A program made the position numbers and the translations under genes. Shown here one piece after another: positions 38,188 to 46,066 of a DNA stretch of 64,000 nucleotides; the first letter of the stretch is position 1, and every line of letters begins with the position of its first letter. The notes below the pieces were generated by a model. It ran no database searches and was not told the DNA's origin. It was given only the letters and a program-made list of their open reading frames with translations. The stretch comes from a virus (taxonomy: Duplodnaviria > Caudoviricetes). Location of the stretch: positions 1 through 64,000 of the IMG/VR virus record IMGVR_UViG_3300037418_002791. One strand, written 5' to 3'.

Positions 38188-38642
38188 TCGACAACGACTG
38201 GCGGTTCAGGGGCAAGTGCGCCGGGCGCATCGATGAGTTCGAAATCGACGCGCTCGGCCACGGTCGTAACCGAGATGCCAACGCGCGCAAGCTGTGCGCC
38301 GGCTGCCCGGTGTATATGCAGTGCGCACAGGACGCCTACGACCACCCCGATCACAACGGCGTGGTCGCCGCCGGCCGAGTGATCCGCGGGACCAAGGGCG
38401 GACTCACAGCCGACGAGGTTCGCCGCGATCTGGCCGAACTGCTGGACGTGGAGTTTGTGCCCGCGAAGGACGCGCAGGCCGAGATCACCCGGCAGCAAAC
38501 CATCCCGTGCGCGCAGTGCGGTCATCCAACCATGGGCGCCGTCGCGTACTCCCAGCGCCGGCCCGAGGGGGTGCGCCCTCGCCATTCGAAGGACACCTGC
38601 CAACGGTGCTGGAACAGAATGCAGAGAAAGGCAGCAGCATGA
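38184..38642 (+). CDS. WhiB-like protein with C-terminal Zn finger
   Basis: WRFRGKC..ARKLCAGCPVYMQC..GVVAAG; CAQC..CQRC. Confidence 0.7.
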   Translation: MIDNDWRFRGKCAGRIDEFEIDALGHGRNRDANARKLCAGCPVYMQCAQDAYDHPDHNGVVAAGRVIRGTKGGLTADEVRRDLAELLDVEFVPAKDAQAEITRQQTIPCAQCGHPTMGAVAYSQRRPEGVRPRHSKDTCQRCWNRMQRKAAA

Positions 38643-38899
38643 CCGGTGTTGTGTACGCGGTGGAGTACTGCGAAGACCACGAGTGCCACGGTGTGAGCGG
38701 TCTGTTCACGACGGTGGACAAGGCGAAAGCCTTTGTGCCGCATGTCGAGTGGGAGCGCCCGAAGCGGGGCGAGTTCGACGACTGGGATTGGTCGGCTTTC
38801 GATCGCCCGTCGGACACCTTCTACATGATCACCCGCATGGAGCTGGACCCCGAGCCGGTGGCCGAGGAGTTCTACCCGGACGGTGACGACGATGCTTAG
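38639..38899 (+). CDS. hypothetical protein
   Basis: ATGA coupling. Confidence 0.6.
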   Translation: MTGVVYAVEYCEDHECHGVSGLFTTVDKAKAFVPHVEWERPKRGEFDDWDWSAFDRPSDTFYMITRMELDPEPVAEEFYPDGDDDA

Positions 38900-39344
38900 G
38901 CGTCACACCCACGAGGGCGGTTACAAGATGACCGCGTGGGACGAGTTCAACGCCGACTGCGAGAATCCGGACTTCTTCGCCGAGGCTGCGTGCAAGGGCC
39001 TCGACTCGGATCTGTTCTACCCGCACCCGACCGACAGCCACGACGAGGCGCTGGCGATCTGCAAAGGCTGCCCGGTGCGCGAGAAGTGCCTCCGCTACGC
39101 CTTCGACAACGACGAGATCCACGGCATCTGGGGCGGCATGACCGAGCAGCAGCGCAAGGCCATCACCGGCTCCAAGAACGAAAGCCTGCTCGCCGCAGAG
39201 AAGCGCCGGCGACTGAAGAAACTGGCCGCCATGCCACGACTGTGCAGCCGCGGGCCGCTCGCCGTCGCCGAGGCGTTCGGAATCACCGATCGCACGGCCA
39301 ACCGCGATCTGAGCGAATTACGCGAGAAGGGATTGATTGCGTGA
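38883..39344 (+). CDS. whiB: WhiB-family transcription factor
   Basis: AACKGLDSDLFYP..ALAICKGCPVREKCL..HGIWGGMTEQQR; C-terminal HTH. Confidence 0.9.
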   Translation: MTTMLRRHTHEGGYKMTAWDEFNADCENPDFFAEAACKGLDSDLFYPHPTDSHDEALAICKGCPVREKCLRYAFDNDEIHGIWGGMTEQQRKAITGSKNESLLAAEKRRRLKKLAAMPRLCSRGPLAVAEAFGITDRTANRDLSELREKGLIA

Positions 39345-40120
39345 GTGAAATCGTCTGGGAAGACGCGATTCCCGGCGAGACGGTGTTCAAGGAATTGAAC
39401 GACATTATTCGCTGGGGTGCGGCGAATGATCCTCGCAGCCTGCAGAAAGCGGTGGGCCCCAGCGGTATCGGTCATCCTTGTGATCGCCATTTGACGATGG
39501 CTATCATGGAGGAACCGAAGCTCAATATCCAGCAAGATCCGCTGCCGAGCCTCACCGGCAAAGCCCTTCACCTTCTCTTTCTCGGCGCCGACGAATTCAA
39601 GGGCATCGTCGAGAAGTGGAACGAGCACATCGGCTACGAACGATTCATCACCGAGCGCCGGGTGAACCCCCGCCTCGGATTCGGCGGTAGCTGCGATATC
39701 TACGACACCAAAACCAAGGGCGTCATCGACCTGAAGAATCCCGGGTGGCCGGCGCTGCGCAAATACAAAGAGGCCGACCATCCCGGCGTCCAGTACGAAG
39801 TGCAGCTGCAGGAGTACGCACTCGGCTACGAAGAAGCAGGCTACGAGGTCCGCTACGTCGCCATCTGGGCGCTTCCCCGCGGCGGTCTTCTGAAAGATGC
39901 CTGGTGGTGGGGGGCGCCGTATTCGCCGGAGATCGCCCACGCGGCCAATCTTCGGTACGACGAATTGGCGTTGGTCGCCGACGAACTCGATCTCGAACAC
40001 CATCCCGAACGCTATCGACTGATACCCGCAACGCCGTATTTCTGCGACCACTGCGATTATCGCGTCGATGAGCCTGTCGCCGGGGCGCACTGCCTCGGAG
40101 AAGAGAAGACCGATGACTGA
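39341..40120 (+). CDS. Cas4-like / PD-(D/E)XK exonuclease
   Basis: GPSGIGHPCDR, GKALH, GSCD..IDLK, QLQEY, FCDHCDY. Confidence 0.85.
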   Translation: MSEIVWEDAIPGETVFKELNDIIRWGAANDPRSLQKAVGPSGIGHPCDRHLTMAIMEEPKLNIQQDPLPSLTGKALHLLFLGADEFKGIVEKWNEHIGYERFITERRVNPRLGFGGSCDIYDTKTKGVIDLKNPGWPALRKYKEADHPGVQYEVQLQEYALGYEEAGYEVRYVAIWALPRGGLLKDAWWWGAPYSPEIAHAANLRYDELALVADELDLEHHPERYRLIPATPYFCDHCDYRVDEPVAGAHCLGEEKTDD

Positions 40121-40496
40121 ACAATACTTCGTCCACATCAATCCCGACGGGACGACTCAGATGGCGAAGGTGTTGCGCCGCAAGGATTACGCCGACACCA
40201 TGGACCACATCGTCGGCGATGGCGGGTTCAGCACTCTTCTTCCTCGCGGCGATCAGACTGCCGTGACGGCTGTGGTGAACGAGATCGCCTTCCTGTCCGC
40301 CGCTGTCGACCTCTTCAACGCCGAGAAGCGCGAGGATCGCGAGCGGGATGAGGCGTTGGCGCTGAAGCTGTTCAACGTTTTCGCCGATGCTGGCAACCAC
40401 TGCGCGAGCTTCGATGCGATCCCTTACCGAAACTCGTGGCTCGACGTGGCCAAGGCCGCTCGGGAGGCCATCGCCGCCGAGGCCGCCGATGCGTGA
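40113..40496 (+). CDS. hypothetical protein
   Basis: Coupled ORF. Confidence 0.6.
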   Translation: MTEQYFVHINPDGTTQMAKVLRRKDYADTMDHIVGDGGFSTLLPRGDQTAVTAVVNEIAFLSAAVDLFNAEKREDRERDEALALKLFNVFADAGNHCASFDAIPYRNSWLDVAKAAREAIAAEAADA

Positions 40497-40650
40497 CAAC
40501 ACCACACCATCGGCCTCCTGGGTGATGACCCTTCTCGCGCTGCAGCGCAAGCCGAACATCTACGCCGGCACGGTTCCCGACAACGAGATCCGTCGCCGCC
40601 GTCGGCGCAACAAACAGGCGCGACTCTCGCGCCGGCGCAACCGAAAGTAA
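40489..40650 (+). CDS. small Arg-rich protein
   Basis: KPNIYAGTVP..RRRRRNKQARLSRRRNRK. Confidence 0.6.
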   Translation: MRDNTTPSASWVMTLLALQRKPNIYAGTVPDNEIRRRRRRNKQARLSRRRNRK

Positions 40651-40661
40651 TTCACCAAGAC

Positions 40662-40847
40662 ACTGAGAATCTGCGATGTCGATTTTGTAGATCGTTTCCG
40701 CGTTCTCAGTCGGATTCAGGGCGTCAAACTGGGTGGGCATAAGCGCGCGGTCCAAACGGTGCGCGGTCACGGGGCCCGGCAAGCGTAGTCCACGATGAGC
40801 CCGTTTACCTCCTTTCCGGGACGAGATTACTGCTGCGCCCTGAATCC
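40662..40847 (+). ncRNA. candidate structured RNA (hairpin plus 12-bp-closed multiloop domain)
   Basis: ACTGAGAA/TTCTCAGT; GGATTCAGGGCG/CGCCCTGAATCC enclosing nested stems; 235-bp intergenic gap. Confidence 0.5.
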
Positions 40848-40885
40848 ATTCCTCTTCACATTCTTCTATTCGAGGAGATCTCTCC

Positions 40886-41410
40886 ATGAGCAAATACGCT
40901 CGTGAATATTGGTATCGATCCGTGCAGTCATATGCGGACCGGTACGCCAGGGCCGACATCGAAGGCAACTACATCGTGTCTTCCGAGGAGAGGGACGGCC
41001 GTGTCGACGGCTGGGATGGCTATCGCCTCGACCTGGACCGCAATTCGCTCGACGAGCTTCAGAAGAAGTTGGACCGCGCCAAGGATGAGTCTCGCAAGTT
41101 CGACAACCGCGTCGGCTTCCTGACGGCGGCGATCCGGGTCCGCGAGGCGTGGGACGCCGACGAGGCCGAACGCCAGCGCGAGGCCGACGAGAAGGCCAAG
41201 CAGGAGGCTCGCGCAACGCGCATCCGCAAACTGGCCGGCGAGCTGCAGAACGTCTTCACCCATGGAACCCCCGAGGCGTCCGGCCTCTACTACCAGGCCG
41301 GCAATTTCACGCTCGGGCCCATGGCGGCTGGAGGTGGGGGCGGCAGCAGCTTGTCCGGCTCGTGGGAGCGATTGGCGCGCTGGATCGACCAGCAGTACGG
41401 CGACGAGTAG
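40886..41410 (+). CDS. hypothetical coiled-coil protein
   Basis: RBS GAGGAG. Confidence 0.7.
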   Translation: MSKYAREYWYRSVQSYADRYARADIEGNYIVSSEERDGRVDGWDGYRLDLDRNSLDELQKKLDRAKDESRKFDNRVGFLTAAIRVREAWDADEAERQREADEKAKQEARATRIRKLAGELQNVFTHGTPEASGLYYQAGNFTLGPMAAGGGGGSSLSGSWERLARWIDQQYGDE

Positions 41411-41412
41411 CC

Positions 41413-41520
41413 GTGGCCTCCTACTTCTGCGTTCTGTGCGGAAAGTTCTTCACCTCGCTCGAATATCTCGAGCACGAATGCAAGGGCGGCGAGGATGTGC
41501 CTCTGCATCAACTGCCGTGA
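41413..41520 (+). CDS. micro Zn-finger protein
   Basis: FCVLCGKFF..LEHEC. Confidence 0.4.
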   Translation: MASYFCVLCGKFFTSLEYLEHECKGGEDVPLHQLP

Positions 41521-41609
41521 ATTCGACCCGGAATACGACGACCCGACCGGGGCGGGCTGGGTCATCAGCGATGAATTCTGGGACGACGTGTGCCGGAAAG
41601 AAGGCAGCG

Positions 41610-41861
41610 ATGGCTGACCTCAACGTCTACGACGCGGTGCGCGAGGCAATCGCCAATTCCAACCGCGAGTGGAAGCGCTGCAACGTCGACATTCAGATGT
41701 TCTTCGACGAACTCGGCGCCCGCGGATACCACGTCGAAGAAACGGCGGAAGTTCGGCGAGAACAACTTGAAGGGGTCAACCGACGCGGTAACGACTCGAA
41801 TTGGGCCTACGTATGCGGCGTGGAATTGCCGTGGGCAAGCAATGTGCATCCATTCGAGTGA
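41610..41861 (+). CDS. hypothetical protein
   Basis: RBS GAAGG; ends just before the tRNA-like element. Confidence 0.55.
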   Translation: MADLNVYDAVREAIANSNREWKRCNVDIQMFFDELGARGYHVEETAEVRREQLEGVNRRGNDSNWAYVCGVELPWASNVHPFE

Positions 41862-41869
41862 CCCCAGGG

Positions 41870-41994
41870 GAGTCGGTAGCTCAAGTGATAAGCGTGGCCG
41901 GTCGCGGAAGATATGCCGCCATACCGCATTGCACGTAATCCCAGGCAGAGCGCTGGACGCAGAGGTTTCGGTTCGAGCCCGAACCTACTCCCCA
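41870..41994 (+). ncRNA. tRNA-like RNA 1 (no anticodon loop; 57-nt hairpin inserted in the D-loop)
   Basis: Acceptor GAGTCGG/CCTACTC+C+CCA; TA-GCTC..GAGC D-stem; T-arm TTCGG-TTCGAGC-CCGAA; anticodon arm reduced to CTG-GACG-CAG. Confidence 0.75.
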
Positions 41995-42064
41995 TAAACC
42001 ACCCGGGCCCCGCAGCCGGTTTCTGCGGGAATCACTCAGTGAGTTAGTCAGGAGAGTCAGTTAG

Positions 42065-42550
42065 ATGGCTGATTGGGAAGAAGTCGAAGTTCCTAAGGGT
42101 GCCTACATCGGGTGGGGCAAGGTCGGGCAGACCGTCACCGGACGCGTCCTCAACTACGAGGTTTCCGGCGGCGAGGATTTCCACGGCAACACCTGCCCGC
42201 AGGTCGAGCTGGAATTGCTCGAGCCCGCCGATTCCTACAACAAGGACGGCGATCGGATGAGCTATCCGGCCGGCGACCTGGTGGTGGTCACCGCCGGCCT
42301 GGTGTCGCTCAAGCGGGCCGTCCGCAAGGCGGACCCGGAGGTCGGCGACCTGCTCAAGATGGTCTACGCGCGCGACGTGAAGGTCAGCAAGGGCACGGTC
42401 AAGGAATTCGAGGTCAAGGTTGCTCGTGGAGGCGGTGCGTCGGCCAAGGCCGAGACCGCCGCGCCGGCTGACGACATCCCCGAGGGTTTCACCCGCGAGG
42501 AGTGGGACGCCATGTCGGAGACGGCGAAGGCGCGTCTGCGGAAGCTCTGA
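42065..42550 (+). CDS. single-stranded DNA-binding protein (actinophage type)
   Basis: GAYIGWGKVGQTVTGRV OB-like; acidic tail; near clamp and exonuclease. Confidence 0.55.
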   Translation: MADWEEVEVPKGAYIGWGKVGQTVTGRVLNYEVSGGEDFHGNTCPQVELELLEPADSYNKDGDRMSYPAGDLVVVTAGLVSLKRAVRKADPEVGDLLKMVYARDVKVSKGTVKEFEVKVARGGGASAKAETAAPADDIPEGFTREEWDAMSETAKARLRKL

Positions 42551-42560
42551 CCCCCAAACT

Positions 42561-42606
42561 CCCCACGTCCCCGGAGCAGGTTCACATCAGGCTCCGGGGC
42601 GTGGGG
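42561..42606 (+). terminator. long stem-loop
   Basis: CCCCACG(T)CCCCGGAGC / GCTCCGGGGCGTGGGG. Confidence 0.5.
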
Positions 42607-42632
42607 GTCCCTCGCCCGCAAAGGAATTCACG

Positions 42633-43736
42633 ATGCATGCCACCGTGCTGCACACAGATTTGATCGCGGCCGTCTCGGCGGCTGCGACCGCGCTGCCCTC
42701 GCGCCCACCGCATCCGGTGCTGGGCGGCATGCTGCTCGAACAGTCGCACGTCGAACTGAAGATCAGCGCCTACGACTACGAGACCTCGGCGTCGGCCCGC
42801 ATCAATGCCGAGGGCGGCGACAGCACAGGCGTGGTCGTCTCCGGTCGCCTGCTCGCCCAGGTCGCCAAGCTGCTGCCCAAGAAGCCGGTCGAATTGACCG
42901 CGCGAGACGGCGAACTGCTCGTCGAGGCCGGCCGATCGAGGTTCACGCTTCCGCTGATGGAGGCGGGCGACTTCCCGAAGATGCCGGAGATCGAGGGGTT
43001 CGACGGCATCGCCACCGGCCCGGACTTCGCCGCCGCGGTGGCCTACGCCGATGCCGCCGCGCTGAAAGATCTCGCTCTCGCGGCCAAGCAGAACCTCACC
43101 GGGATTCTGCTGGAGAACGATTCGGATAGCGCGATGCTCAACGTCGTCGCCACCGATAGCCACCGAATCCATTGGGCCAAAGCTGGATTCAAGGCCATCG
43201 ACACCCCCTCGGCGGTTGGCGTGCTGGTTCCGTCCAAGGTGCTCGCCTCGGTTGCCGGTGCGATGGCCTCGGACTCCGACGGAGTGTTTCTGTCGCTGCG
43301 TCAGCTGTTCGGCATCTCGGGCAACGGCATGCAGCGCACCTCGGCGACGATCGACCAGAAGTTCCCGCCGTACCGCAAGGTGTTCGACAAGACGGCCGTC
43401 GGCACGCTCGACGTCAACAGCATCGAACTGATCGATGCCCTGCGCCGGACTTCGGCACTGCACGCGACCAAGCATGTGGTGATCGAGCCGACCGACGACG
43501 ACACGGTGCGGATCTCGACCAACGACGCCTCCGACGGCGGCGCGATCGAAGAGATCGACGTGGAGATGGCCGGCGACCCGCCGACTCTCGTCATAAACGG
43601 AGCGTTCCTGGCCGACGCCATCGCCGGCGTGAAGCAGGAAACGATCACCCTCACTCTGACCGGTGAAGTCTCACCGGTCTTCGGAAACCTCGACGGCACA
43701 ACGAAATTCGCCGTCATGCCGGTAAGGACACAGTGA
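42633..43736 (+). CDS. dnaN: DNA polymerase III beta sliding clamp
   Basis: RPPHPVLGGMLL, SAYDYETS, VSGRLL, FTLPLM..DFP, VATDSHR, FPPYRKV, INGAFLADAI, VMPVR. Confidence 0.9.
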   Translation: MHATVLHTDLIAAVSAAATALPSRPPHPVLGGMLLEQSHVELKISAYDYETSASARINAEGGDSTGVVVSGRLLAQVAKLLPKKPVELTARDGELLVEAGRSRFTLPLMEAGDFPKMPEIEGFDGIATGPDFAAAVAYADAAALKDLALAAKQNLTGILLENDSDSAMLNVVATDSHRIHWAKAGFKAIDTPSAVGVLVPSKVLASVAGAMASDSDGVFLSLRQLFGISGNGMQRTSATIDQKFPPYRKVFDKTAVGTLDVNSIELIDALRRTSALHATKHVVIEPTDDDTVRISTNDASDGGAIEEIDVEMAGDPPTLVINGAFLADAIAGVKQETITLTLTGEVSPVFGNLDGTTKFAVMPVRTQ

Positions 43737-44128
43737 ACATGACCATGATCAAAGACATTCCGATGACCGATCTCGTCGCCGAGATCCGGCGCATCGCGGC
43801 CGAGAGCCCGAACTATGTGTACCAGCAGGTTCAGCGTGACGGTCGGTCGGCATGCGAATACGTGGAGTATGCGGGCGATCAGCTGATCGGTTCATGCATC
43901 GTCGGCCGCGCGTTGGTGAACCTGGGCGTAGACCCTGCGTCGCTGACCTTCTCGAACGACTTCACCCCGACGGCCTGGGGACTGCTGCGCGACGCGGGTC
44001 ACAACTCGTTGGCCGGCGAGATCGACTGGATTCAGTCGGTCCAGGCCGGTCAGGACCAGGGCTGGGCGTGGGGCGAGGCCGTCCAGCATGCCGACGTCCG
44101 TCACCCCGAAGTGCGACAGGAGGCGTGA
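43733..44128 (+). CDS. hypothetical protein, paralogue family A
   Basis: EIRRIAAESPNYVY..CEYV..GSCIVGRALVNLGVDP. Confidence 0.75.
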   Translation: MNMTMIKDIPMTDLVAEIRRIAAESPNYVYQQVQRDGRSACEYVEYAGDQLIGSCIVGRALVNLGVDPASLTFSNDFTPTAWGLLRDAGHNSLAGEIDWIQSVQAGQDQGWAWGEAVQHADVRHPEVRQEA

Positions 44129-44132
44129 AGCC

Positions 44133-44498
44133 ATGACCGCCATCAAAGACGTTCCGCTGAACGATATCGTCACCGAGATTCGCCGACTCGCGGCCGAGAG
44201 TCCGGACTATGTGTACGAGCGACCGGGCCAATCCTGCGTGTATGTCGAGTACATCGGCGACGAACTGATCGGCTCGTGCATCGTCGGCAAGGCGCTGGTC
44301 AATCTGGGCGTGAATCCGGCGGATCTGCTGTTCGAGGAAATCCCGGGCGCGTATAACTTGCTCCGAAATCCGGTCAAGATGGCCCCGGAGCAGGTGTGGT
44401 GGATCGACACGGTTCAGGGTGCGCAGGACGACGGCACCCCGTGGGCCGAATCGGTCGCTGCTGCCGACGAAACACACCCCCTCGAGGCGCGGTCATGA
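44133..44498 (+). CDS. hypothetical protein, paralogue family A
   Basis: EIRRLAAESPDYVY..CVYV..GSCIVGKALVNLGVNP. Confidence 0.75.
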   Translation: MTAIKDVPLNDIVTEIRRLAAESPDYVYERPGQSCVYVEYIGDELIGSCIVGKALVNLGVNPADLLFEEIPGAYNLLRNPVKMAPEQVWWIDTVQGAQDDGTPWAESVAAADETHPLEARS

Positions 44499-44887
44499 CC
44501 TACGGACCTGCCGCGGGCAACGACGAACTCGCCCGCCTGCTGGATCGCGCTGCGATCATCGTCGACCGGATGCCGCTGTTGGCGCAGGGCGCCTACGAAC
44601 TTGAGGCGCGCACGATCGGCGGCGCTCCCGAGGACGGCCGCACCTGCTACTGCACCGTCGGCGCTATTCAGGCCGCCATCCCGACCTGGGGGCAGCGGCG
44701 CAAACAGGCGTACGCAGCGGTGTGCCGTCACCTCGCCGACCATCCGGATCTTCCTGCCCGCTACGGCGACGCGGATAGCGATGTCGCCCTGATGAACTGG
44801 AACGACGAGACGCGCCGCACGAAAGATGAAGTGGCGCAAGCGTTCCGGGGTGCAGCTGAGATGCTGCGGGCGGAGGTCGAGGCATGA
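44495..44887 (+). CDS. hypothetical protein, paralogue family B (DUF6197-like)
   Basis: CYCTVGAI..WNDETRRTKDEVAQAFRGAA. Confidence 0.7.
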   Translation: MTYGPAAGNDELARLLDRAAIIVDRMPLLAQGAYELEARTIGGAPEDGRTCYCTVGAIQAAIPTWGQRRKQAYAAVCRHLADHPDLPARYGDADSDVALMNWNDETRRTKDEVAQAFRGAAEMLRAEVEA

Positions 44888-45288
44888 CGGAAATCAAGGC
44901 CGAGATCACCGCCGACATCCTGGAACGCGCCGCTGACCTGATCGAACGGGCACCGAAGCTGCTCAAAGGGCTGTTCTTCTCTTACGACGGCTGGATCGAC
45001 GAGAACGGGCACGAAGACATCCAGTTCGAGATGACCGACGAGCAGCGCGGCGCACAGTGCTACTGCACGATGGGCGCGGTCAAGAAGCTGACCGTGCTCG
45101 ACCGGGAGCCGGCGGTGGCGCTGGCCACCTACCTCGGCCTGCCGTACGTCAGCTACAGCGGCACCTACAGCAATGCGGCGAGCGCGGTCTACGCCTGGAA
45201 CGATCGCCCGGAGCGCACGAAAGAAGAAGTCGTGCAGGCGCTTCGGGGCGCGGCTCAGCAGGTTCGAGACGGGCTGATCGAAGTATGA
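44884..45288 (+). CDS. hypothetical protein, paralogue family B (DUF6197-like)
   Basis: CYCTMGAV..WNDRPERTKEEVVQALRGAA. Confidence 0.7.
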   Translation: MTEIKAEITADILERAADLIERAPKLLKGLFFSYDGWIDENGHEDIQFEMTDEQRGAQCYCTMGAVKKLTVLDREPAVALATYLGLPYVSYSGTYSNAASAVYAWNDRPERTKEEVVQALRGAAQQVRDGLIEV

Positions 45289-45461
45289 GCAGGCGATCGA
45301 CCCGAGAGATTCTGCTCGAAATCCTCAGCGAGCATCGACTCATCGGCCGGCGGTGTCTGTCGTGCGAGTGTGATCACTCGCTGGAGTTTATGACCGAGTA
45401 CGACCACGCCGAGCACGTTGCCGACGAGATCGAACGCGAACTCGTGGTCGATCTCTGGTGA
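45285..45461 (+). CDS. small Cys/His protein
   Basis: EH..CLSCEC..HAEHVAD. Confidence 0.55.
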   Translation: MSRRSTREILLEILSEHRLIGRRCLSCECDHSLEFMTEYDHAEHVADEIERELVVDLW

Positions 45462-45619
45462 CCGCGCCATTCCTCGGCGACGACTTCTGGGATGCCATTT
45501 TCGATCTGATCGAGAAGTACGACATCCCGGTCACCAACAACATGCTGCGAGATGGCATGCGCCACGTCGCCGACTTCGGCGAAGACGTGGCCGCGATTCT
45601 GTCCACTCTCCAGCGCTGA
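45458..45619 (+). CDS. hypothetical protein
   Basis: GTG coupled; 53 aa read from sequence; stop 3 bp before tRNA-like RNA 2. Confidence 0.5.
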   Translation: MTAPFLGDDFWDAIFDLIEKYDIPVTNNMLRDGMRHVADFGEDVAAILSTLQR

Positions 45620-45622
45620 CAT

Positions 45623-45741
45623 GGCGTGGTAGCTCAACGACAGAGCGCTGTGAAATCTCAGACGACACACGCACGTCCAGTGCCGCTGTGGTTCGTGAGG
45701 CGAATCCAGTAGACCCCGGTTCGACTCCGGGCCACGCCCCA
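45623..45741 (+). ncRNA. tRNA-like RNA 2 (aberrant anticodon arm; ~50-nt hairpin insert in the anticodon/variable region)
   Basis: Acceptor GGCGTGG/CCACGCC then CCA; TA-GCTC-AACGACA-GAGC; T-arm CCCGG-TTCGACT-CCGGG. Confidence 0.75.
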
Positions 45742-45753
45742 TCTCTTCTCAAA

Positions 45754-45795
45754 CCCACGCCGAGGCGGATTCGTTTGCGACGACCTCGGCGTGGG
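45754..45795 (+). terminator. stem-loop after tRNA-like RNA 2
   Basis: 12-bp stem CCCACGCCGAGG / CCTCGGCGTGGG. Confidence 0.5.
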
Positions 45796-45811
45796 CGAAA
45801 GGACTATAGCA

Positions 45812-46060
45812 ATGCCCATCCCTGGCGACCTGCGCATCTGGTACATCCCGCAGATTCCGATGAAGGCGTATCACCGCGACATCACCAGCGTGGAAGAGGG
45901 GCGCAACCTGCTCGACGCCATCTATGAGCTGGCCCTGTTCGAGCTGGAGCACCGAGTCAAGCCCGACTACTCCAACGCCGGCGGGATCGAGCGCTGGGAG
46001 GAAGACGGCGAGGGCGGCTACGCCTGGTCCGAGGTCGATGAAGACGAAATGGACTGGTGA
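45812..46060 (+). CDS. P22 gp17-like (anti-exclusion) protein
   Basis: LRIWYIPQIPMK..SVEEG..KPDYSNAGGIE resembles P22 gp17 LRVWHIPQVPMK..SVEEG..KPDYCNANGLE (from memory). Confidence 0.7.
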   Translation: MPIPGDLRIWYIPQIPMKAYHRDITSVEEGRNLLDAIYELALFELEHRVKPDYSNAGGIERWEEDGEGGYAWSEVDEDEMDW

Positions 46061-46066
46061 AGCGCT

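Noticed and set aside
40770-40835. Hammerhead ribozyme (GTC...GATGAG-stem-CGAGA)
   Set aside because: Core deviates (ACGATGA instead of CTGATGA, GAGA instead of GAAA) and there is no room for stem I
41870-45741. Calling the two tRNA-like elements canonical tRNAs (e.g. tRNA-Phe)
   Set aside because: Neither has a 5-bp stem with a 7-nt anticodon loop, so no anticodon can be assigned
41870-45741. Elements as attP sites or as YrlA Y-RNAs
   Set aside because: attP normally keeps only part of a tRNA and needs an integrase (none seen); YrlA is circularly permuted and accompanies a Ro60 gene (none seen)
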